Below the pieces are notes generated by a model that saw only the letters and a list, made by a program, of their open reading frames with translations, ran no database searches and was not told the origin of the DNA. Below are positions 1 to 3,829 of a stretch of DNA of 3,829 nt, piece after piece (position 1 is the stretch's first letter; every line of letters starts with the position of its first letter). The stretch is from Naegleria gruberi (lineage: Eukaryota), in NCBI GenBank assembly GCA_000004985.1, contig GG739205.1. One strand, given 5' to 3'. The position numbers and the translations under genes were made by a program.

Positions 1-1
1 G

Positions 2-334
2 CCAATTTCAATACTAAAATCATACATGGATTTGGTTAGGAATTTCAAAGATGCTGAGTCCCCATTATTTTCCTTCGAAAACGACAAATTCTTTGATTCA
101 GATGGTATTTCAAAGATACTAAAGAATGCAGTGGGTATAGTAGATCAAGGCGTAACAGTCTCAGGTCACAGCCTTAGAATAGGTGCTATCACAGAAGGAC
201 TCAGAAAGGGTATGTCTACAACTGATCTAATGGTCGGTGCAAGACATAAAAAGGAAAAAAGTTTATTTCCTTACCTTAGATCTGAAGGCCTAGCTGGCAA
301 GAATTTCACTAACACTCTATTTTCTCTGGACTAA
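2..334 (+). CDS. 3' (C-terminal) part of a tyrosine site-specific recombinase (phage-integrase family catalytic domain). It is 5'-incomplete: the frame is open back to the window edge at position 2, and the first in-frame ATG is at 26. The stop is TAA at 332-334.
   Basis: The translation contains SGHSLRIGAIT, with the box II His-x-x-Arg at H48/R51 of the 102-aa ORF. H74 sits 23 residues after R51, which is the usual His/Trp III position. The candidate catalytic Y83 lies in PYLRS, 9 residues after H74 and 32 after R51. This R-to-H-to-Y spacing matches XerD-like tyrosine recombinases. The frame upstream of the ATG (PISILKSY) is open to position 2 and stays homologous to the region upstream of ORF2. 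GC is about 40% here against about 20% in the flanks. Confidence 0.7.
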   Translation, partial: PISILKSYMDLVRNFKDAESPLFSFENDKFFDSDGISKILKNAVGIVDQGVTVSGHSLRIGAITEGLRKGMSTTDLMVGARHKKEKSLFPYLRSEGLAGKNFTNTLFSLD

Positions 335-382
335 CCCATTGGTTTATCAACGAAATTCTTTATTGTTTTATTTGGAGAAATA
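334..382 (+). repeat. Direct repeat A1, 49 bp: ACCCATTGGTTTATCAACGAAATTCTTTATTGTTTTATTTGGAGAAATA. It is a perfect copy of 1009-1057.
   Basis: I compared the two copies by eye and they match 49/49. The first base is the last base of ORF1's TAA stop. Flanking sequence diverges immediately on both sides (…CTA|A vs …TCT|A on the left, TGG vs AAC on the right). Confidence 0.9.
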
Positions 383-461
383 TGGCTAGTTGCGAGGAAC
401 GATGCAACGTTAGTATTTCGACAAATTGTAAACAATAAAATTGAGTTGATAAATAATTTTT

Positions 462-532
462 ATGCTCAAAAAAATTAAGAAACATGGTAAACACACCAAG
501 CAAAATCATTGCTGACCCACCCACCCATTCCC
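462..532 (+). repeat. C-element copy 1. It has a 5' ATGCTCAAAAAAA box, a variable middle, and a 3' C-rich end CCCACCCACCCATTCCC. The opposite strand of that end reads GGGAATGGGTGGGTGGG, a four-tract G-quadruplex motif.
   Basis: It shares both of its ends with 1581-1643 and with 3581-3625 (minus strand). It lies 80 bp to the right of A1. It is followed by TTAATTTCATC and then an 8-3-8 palindrome AAGAATTC-CTT-GAATTCTT (544-562). Confidence 0.75.
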
Positions 533-836
533 TTAATTTCATCAAGAATTCCTTGAATTCTTTCAAATAGTCCTTCACTCCTTGAGTGTTTTTTCCTATT
601 TGTCTTTTAGTTTGATCTTGGTAAGTGATCCTTCTAAGGATGCAGGATTTGTATTACCTTGTGATACAATAATTTTTATTTCTAACTAACATCATTTGAA
701 TAATTCGAAATATGCTCGTAAAGTAAGCCAGATTTATTTTTTCAAAAAATATTTCTGATGGAAATTACCAGGCATTTTTTTACAAGCAATTCACTAGTTA
801 AAATAGAGAACTTTAATGGATTGGAGTTTTTACCGA

Positions 837-861
837 TTTTTTCCTGCAATGCAGGTTTTTT
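837..861. other. Short GC hairpin CCTGC-aat-GCAGG (843-855) flanked by T6 on both sides. It looks like a weak bidirectional terminator.
   Basis: The sequence is TTTTTT-CCTGCAATGCAGG-TTTTTT. The stem is only 5 bp with a 3-nt loop. Confidence 0.3.
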
Positions 862-1008
862 ATAGGGGAGTTGTTCTACTTCAATCTCGATTTTGTAAAC
901 AACTTTATTAACTCGGGACAATGCTGAATAAAGTCAATGACCTAAAAGGCAACATTTCCGAGCAACATACCTCATCCTTTGGATGAAGAATATGTTGAGT
1001 GAGCTTCT

Positions 1009-1057
1009 ACCCATTGGTTTATCAACGAAATTCTTTATTGTTTTATTTGGAGAAATA
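1009..1057 (+). repeat. Direct repeat A2, 49 bp, a perfect copy of 334-382. Its last two bases are part of the in-frame TAA (1056-1058) that truncates the ORF2 homology.
   Basis: It is identical over 49 bp to 334-382. It lies 64 bp upstream of the ORF2 ATG. Recombinase-homologous coding sequence begins 1 bp after it, at 1059. Confidence 0.9.
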
Positions 1058-1121
1058 AACTCCTATTGAACCATATCGAGGAAATAAGAAATACTGTCCA
1101 GTTTATAACCTTAGAAGATAC

Positions 1122-1430
1122 ATGGACTATGTTAAACATATTAAGGAAGACGATTCTCCATTATTTTCGTTGATGTTTGATGAATATTTCACTCCTACTC
1201 AAATTTCTAATATTATTTCAAGCTCCATGAGCTCTATTGGTGTTCAAAACACTTCAGGCCATAGCCTTCGTATAAGTGCAGCTACTGAGCTGGCTTCTAA
1301 GGGTGTGTCTCAATCTGTGATTGAGACTGCTGGTAATTGGGTGCCTAATTCAAAAGCTAGATTGAGATATCAACGTAGAATTGGCCTAGCTACTCATGGT
1401 TTAACTACTTCTATTATGAGAACTGATTAA
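1122..1430 (+). CDS. Second, diverged paralogous copy of the tyrosine-recombinase C-terminal catalytic segment (102 codons, TAA stop at 1428-1430). It appears 5'-truncated: protein-level homology to ORF1 continues upstream to about 1059 and is ended by an in-frame TAA at 1056-1058. It may be a gene fragment or pseudogene, or a terminal exon.
   Basis: The translation contains SGHSLRISAATELASKGVSQSVIETAGNWVPNSKARLRYQRR. This gives H47-x-x-R50, then W73 at the His/Trp position 23 residues after the Arg (Trp occupies this position in Cre, Flp and many eukaryotic YRs). Y83 follows 10 residues later in the motif RLRYQR. The ORF is collinear with ORF1 over all 102 residues at roughly 36% identity and ends on the same C-terminal ...D. 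The upstream in-frame translation CPVYNLRRYMDYV aligns with ORF1's PISILKSYMDLV. The box I Arg and Lys regions that should lie further N-terminal are not present before the stop. Confidence 0.55.
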   Translation: MDYVKHIKEDDSPLFSLMFDEYFTPTQISNIISSSMSSIGVQNTSGHSLRISAATELASKGVSQSVIETAGNWVPNSKARLRYQRRIGLATHGLTTSIMRTD

Positions 1431-1458
1431 CTATATATATTTATTATTTACTAAGGAC

Positions 1459-1510
1459 TAATCCATTTGTCTTAATTTATTATTTTATTATTTTGTGATT
1501 TTAAAAACAT
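1459..1510 (+). repeat. Direct repeat B1, 52 bp: TAATCCATTTGTCTTAATTTATTATTTTATTATTTTGTGATTTTAAAAACAT. It is a perfect copy of 2052-2103.
   Basis: It matches 2052-2103 at 52/52. It begins 28 bp after the ORF2 stop. It resembles the A repeat at roughly 60-65% identity (CCATTGGTTTATCAA vs CCATTTGTCTTAATT, and TTTATTGTTTTATTTGG vs TTTATTATTTTGTGATT), which suggests a diverged homologue. Confidence 0.9.
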
Positions 1511-1580
1511 GGGAGTTCTGAACATGGTGAAGAACTAGTGTGTTTTTATACAAAATTATTAAAATATTATTTTAAAAATT

Positions 1581-1643
1581 ATGCTCAAAAAATAGTCTCA
1601 ACATCATGTCATCATTAAGGCAAAGTCCCACCCATACCCACCC
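1581..1643 (+). repeat. C-element copy 2. It starts ATGCTCAAAAAA and ends TCCCACCCATACCCACCC. The complement of that end is GGGTGGGTATGGGTGGG, a G4 motif with loops of 1, 3 and 1 nt.
   Basis: The 5' box and 3' C-rich end are the same as in copy 1, and TTAATT follows in both. It lies 70 bp to the right of B1. This mirrors the A1-to-C1 arrangement. Confidence 0.75.
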
Positions 1644-1971
1644 TTAATTAGTATTTACAATTTTTCAGCCTTTATTTCGCTCATTAGCACCCAGTAAGTG
1701 GGCTAATTTCAGAGTGCGGCTGTGTACATTCAAGATGTGCAATTTTTACATTTATTCACTAACTTATTTTTTGGATGACAGTTTCTAATAGATTCGAATC
1801 ATTTTATTTTTCATTCCATTTGTTTCAGAAAATTCATATAGATTTTTATATATTAATGGTGATTTTAGGAACAGGTTTTACAATTTATTCACATACTCTA
1901 TGTTTTTTCTTATCTTTAGCTTCAAAACTATCGATAAGTTTTTCATAATTTTGAGACTTTAATTTCTAGGG

Positions 1972-2008
1972 ACCTGCTAAATAAAGATTTATATCCTTTA
2001 AAGCAGGT
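1972..2008. other. Stem-loop with a 7-bp stem ACCTGCT/AGCAGGT and a 23-nt AT-rich loop. The 5' arm is part of the motif GGACCTGCTAAATAAAG, which recurs inverted at 3000-3017 as GGACCTGCTGAATAAAGC on the minus strand.
   Basis: The inverted repeat is read directly. The second motif copy matches at 17/18. Both contain AATAAA. Confidence 0.3.
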
Positions 2009-2051
2009 TCCAAGGTTGATTCACCATATGGTGTCTCAATCCTTGAGCTTT

Positions 2052-2103
2052 TAATCCATTTGTCTTAATTTATTATTTTATTATTTTGTGATTTTAAAAA
2101 CAT
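2052..2103 (+). repeat. Direct repeat B2, 52 bp, a perfect copy of 1459-1510.
   Basis: It is identical over 52 bp. Its left flank (CTTGAGCTTT|TA) resembles the left flank of A2 (TTGAGTGAGCTTCT|A). This indicates that the A1..A2 and B1..B2 units are homologous as whole units. Confidence 0.9.
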
Positions 2104-2900
2104 ATAATTTGAAAAATTTATCAAGTGTTGTAGTTAAAATTTAATTTGAGTGTAATAAATCTTTATATGAAAAGCTATAAAAAGTACTTTCTTTATTAGA
2201 GATCAAGTTATCGGCGTTAATTGTCTTAAAAATCAATGTTGTTAAACAACTTCAATCATATTTATTAGAATCTTGATGATACAATTTTTTAGACATACCA
2301 TGTTTACCATTTAATATCGAGTAGTAAAAATATGTAAATTAAAAAAAGGAAAAAATGTTGAGTTTTGGTATTTTTTTAAAAAATGTTTTTTTGAAAAAAA
2401 TTTCGATAAAAACTAGAAATTTATTAGTATTTCAATGAAAAATACGAATTTTCATACATGCGTTGGTGGGATATGTTTGTCATATTAGATATTTAATAAA
2501 AATAAAATAAAAATTTTCGCATGTAAATATATATATATATATATACATCCGAAAAAATTTTTGTTGAAAGTTGGTTTATAAGATGGTGGTTAAATTGGTT
2601 TATCTGAAAAATCATTTAAAAGTGATTTAAATATAAAGATAATGAAATTAATTGAAAATTAAGAAGCTAAAATAAATTTTCAAAAATTTATCGATTTGAA
2701 ATTTAGAAAAGCTTAACAAAGTAATATATAAAATATAAAAAACCATTAATTTTTAAAAATCTTCTAAAGTTGGTATTATCATTATGAAGATTATTGATTG
2801 GAAGTAATAATCTTTATGGTAAATCCAAAGAAAATGAATTCAAAGAAAGAACAAACTTTCTAAAAATATTACAAAAACACTGTTATGTTTCTTAAAAGAA
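2104..2900. repeat. Low-complexity A/T homopolymer-rich tract. It contains many A5-8 and T5-8 runs and a reiterated AAAAAATGTT-like motif at 2345-2400. No ORFs are present.
   Basis: Composition is roughly 85% A+T. Stop codons are dense in all six frames. It follows repeat B2 immediately. Confidence 0.6.
2527..2545. repeat. (AT)n dinucleotide microsatellite of about 9.5 units.
   Basis: The sequence is atatatatatatatatata. A shorter (TA)4 run lies at 1433-1440. Confidence 0.9.
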
Positions 2901-3111
2901 AACCAACAATAAATAAACTAATAGATATAAAGCTCACACTACAACTTCTACCTATTCTTAGGTAGTTTGTAGCCTGGTTACTGCTGTTTTTAGGCATTAA
3001 GCTTTATTCAGCAGGTCCAGAAATTAAATAAACTAATCAATACAATCATACTATGATTTCTTAACAAAAAGCAAAAACTAAACTAAATTAAAGCAATCTG
3101 ACAATAAACCA

Positions 3112-3134
3112 AGTTGTTTTTTGGAGAAACAACT
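3112..3134. other. Hairpin with an 8-bp stem (AGTTGTTT / AAACAACT) and a 7-nt loop TTTGGAG. The loop and 3' side resemble the right end of the A repeat plus A2's flank (TTGTTTTATTTGGAGAAATAAACTCC vs TTGTTTTTTGGAGAAACAACTCCC).
   Basis: The inverted repeat is read directly from the sequence. The similarity to A2 and its flank is about 21/26 after allowing one 2-bp indel. Confidence 0.35.
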
Positions 3135-3141
3135 CCCATAT

Positions 3142-3170
3142 AAAAAAACCTACTCTTGTAGGAAAAAAAA
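3142..3170. other. Short hairpin CCTAC-tctt-GTAGG (3149-3162) flanked by A7 and A8. Its architecture and stem sequence resemble the 843-855 hairpin (CCTRC...GYAGG).
   Basis: The sequence is AAAAAAA-CCTACTCTTGTAGG-AAAAAAAA. The 13-mer AAAAAACCTACTC recurs at 3198-3210. Confidence 0.3.
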
Positions 3171-3273
3171 TCGGTAAAAACCAAAAAGTTAAGAATTAAA
3201 AAACCTACTCAACCGTCTTGACACTTACGAATCAAAACGAGAATGAGAAAAGAGGTATGTTCAGTACATATTG

Positions 3274-3309
3274 CCTTACTAATAGTAAGGGAAAGGTATC
3301 AGATACCTT
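3274..3309. promoter_or_regulatory. Two adjacent perfect 17-bp palindromes: CCTTACTA-A-TAGTAAGG (3274-3290) and AAGGTATC-A-GATACCTT (3293-3309). Each has 8-bp arms and a 1-bp centre. Candidate dimeric protein-binding sites.
   Basis: Both are perfect inverted repeats when read by eye. They are separated by 2 bp. Both arms carry CCTT/AAGG ends. They lie within about 30 bp of the phased direct repeats at 3335-3371. Confidence 0.5.
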
Positions 3310-3334
3310 CTAATCAACATAAAATTGATCTGTC

Positions 3335-3371
3335 GGTTTTAGATCACCAACAATTGGTTTTAGATCACCAA
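3335..3371. repeat. Two perfect 16-bp direct repeats, GGTTTTAGATCACCAA, at 3335-3350 and 3356-3371. The 21-bp phasing equals two helical turns, which is iteron-like.
   Basis: The two copies match exactly. Each contains GATC. They lie directly downstream of the twin palindromes. Confidence 0.8.
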
Positions 3372-3580
3372 TCATGATAAAAAACATCAATAAATGATGT
3401 CAAATATCAAATAATAATACAAAGATAAAAAGATGATAACAATCATCTTTCAATAATACAAATAGAGTGAAATCTTTCAATCAATTGAGAAAATATTTGA
3501 GGATTGATTAAAAAATCACATTCTAAAGTATTAAGGACAAAGGTTAGAACCTTTGATTTGAATAAACTAATAATAATAGA

Positions 3581-3625
3581 GGGTGGGCAAGGGTGGGACC
3601 ATAGTATGACAATTTTTTTGAGCAT
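3581..3625 (-). repeat. C-element copy 3, in inverted orientation. The minus strand reads ATGCTCAAAAAAATTGTCATACTATGGTCCCACCCTTGCCCACCC. The plus strand carries GGGTGGGCAAGGGTGGG, a G4 motif.
   Basis: It has the same 12-bp 5' box and the same CCCACCC-N3-CCCACCC end, with a shorter middle. It is followed on the minus strand by an 8-2-8 palindrome (plus strand 3538-3555, CAAAGGTT-AG-AACCTTTG). Confidence 0.7.
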
Positions 3626-3681
3626 ACTTTCTATTATTAGTTTATTCAATTGTTGTTTTCAAGAAACACTACTTTATCTCA

Positions 3682-3829
3682 GTAAACTTCGATAAGAACA
3701 GAAATATCAAAGAATGTGGAAGAGATAAGGTAGTTTAAACCCTTCTCAGCGTAAGAACTTGTAATACTACTCAATCCGCTTCTATGGAATAGGTTGAAAA
3801 ATAGCAAAAGATAAACGCCACCAATATTT
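3682..3829 (-). CDS. Possible 3' end of a minus-strand gene that runs off the right edge of the window. There are 49 open codons ending in TGA (plus-strand 3679-3681). The product is unknown.
   Basis: An open 49-codon stretch is unusual in this stop-rich AT background. Local G+C is about 38%, higher than the surrounding non-coding DNA. The translation is ...NIGGVYLLLFFNLFHRSGLSSITSSYAEKGLNYLISSTFFDISVLIEVY*. I recognise no motif in it. Confidence 0.2.

Noticed and set aside
360-578. 72-aa minus-strand ORF from the six-frame track (MKDYLKEFKEFLMKL...).
   Set aside because: It runs across repeat A1 and the whole C1 element. The GGS codons come from the G4 motif. The rest is low-complexity K/F/L-rich. 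Nothing comparable is conserved at the other C copies or the A2 copy, so it looks like a chance ORF over repeat DNA.
996-1121. Rescuing a longer ORF2 by an alternative genetic code (TAA/TAG=Gln ciliate code, or TGA=Trp code 4).
   Set aside because: The frame has TAA at 1056 and TGA at 996, so no single reassignment opens it. The upstream read-through (SFYPLVYQRNSLLFYLEK) is just the A repeat translated and is not recombinase-like.
26-1430. ORF1 and ORF2 as two exons of one gene separated by an intron at 335-1121.
   Set aside because: Both segments contain the same HxxR...H/W...Y catalytic block and are collinear homologues. They are therefore paralogous copies, not consecutive parts of one protein.
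1791-1800. GATTCGAATC, resembling a tRNA T-loop (GGTTCGAATCC).
   Set aside because: It is a simple 10-bp palindrome. It has no flanking GG/CC, no acceptor stem and no anticodon-arm complementarity within 80 bp. No tRNA could be folded anywhere in the window.
334-2103. A and B direct repeats as LTRs or TRIM-type terminal direct repeats.
   Set aside because: Neither repeat starts with TG or ends with CA. There is no TGG-tRNA primer-binding site after the left copies (TGGCTAGTTGCG has no obvious complementarity to a tRNA 3' end) and no polypurine tract before the right copies. A 49-52 bp length is very short for an LTR. A site-specific recombination or split-direct-repeat explanation fits better.
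483-2309. 11-bp match CATGGTAAACA (483-493) to its reverse complement at 2299-2309.
   Set aside because: A few 11-mer matches are expected by chance in about 3.8 kb of AT-rich DNA on both strands, and there is no extended similarity around it.
334-3625. A CRISPR array or integron-style attC cassette array as the explanation for the repeated units.
   Set aside because: There are only two copies per repeat family, spacers are about 0.6 kb, and repeat spacing is not regular. No cas-like or IntI-like (box-specific insertion) features are visible. The repeats are not imperfect palindromes as attC sites are.
3443-3695. Two mutually overlapping ORFs from the track (68 aa minus strand, 63 aa plus strand) covering C3.
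   Set aside because: They overlap each other on opposite strands over the G4 and ATGCTCAAAAAA repeat. The MLKK... reading of the C element is not conserved in C1 or C2, which have a frameshift and early stops. I treat them as spurious.

Overview
This is a very AT-rich window: roughly 75-80% A+T overall, and about 40% G+C inside the two ORFs. Coding density is low and homopolymer and microsatellite runs are abundant, which looks more like eukaryotic or organellar accessory DNA than a typical bacterial chromosome. The taxon cannot be assigned from sequence alone.

The only convincing coding content is two same-strand, collinear copies of the C-terminal catalytic segment of a tyrosine (phage-integrase-family) site-specific recombinase. 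They are about 36% identical to each other. Both contain H-x-x-R, a His/Trp 23 residues after the Arg, and a Tyr 9-10 residues after that, which is XerC/D-, Cre- and Crypton-like spacing. Copy 1 is open to the left edge of the window, so its 5' part lies upstream. Copy 2 is cut off by an in-frame TAA 21 codons upstream of its ATG.

The rest of the window is organised by three repeat families:
- A 49-bp perfect direct-repeat pair (A1 334-382, A2 1009-1057). It starts on the last base of ORF1's stop codon and ends at the truncation point of ORF2.
- A 52-bp perfect direct-repeat pair (B1 1459-1510, B2 2052-2103) downstream of ORF2. Its sequence looks like a diverged homologue of A.
- Three copies of a 45-71 bp element (462-532 +, 1581-1643 +, 3581-3625 -). 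Each starts ATGCTCAAAAAA and ends in a canonical four-tract G-quadruplex motif on the opposite strand (GGGNGGGNNNGGGNGGG). These are essentially the only G/C clusters in the window.

The result is two diverged tandem modules, each a recombinase C-terminus followed by its own perfect direct-repeat pair with a G4-bearing element between the repeats. The right third of the window (2900-3700) is non-coding but packed with small structured motifs: twin 17-bp palindromes, two phased 16-bp direct repeats, and A/T-flanked short hairpins. There may be a partial minus-strand ORF running off the right edge. No tRNA, rRNA or CRISPR array is supported.
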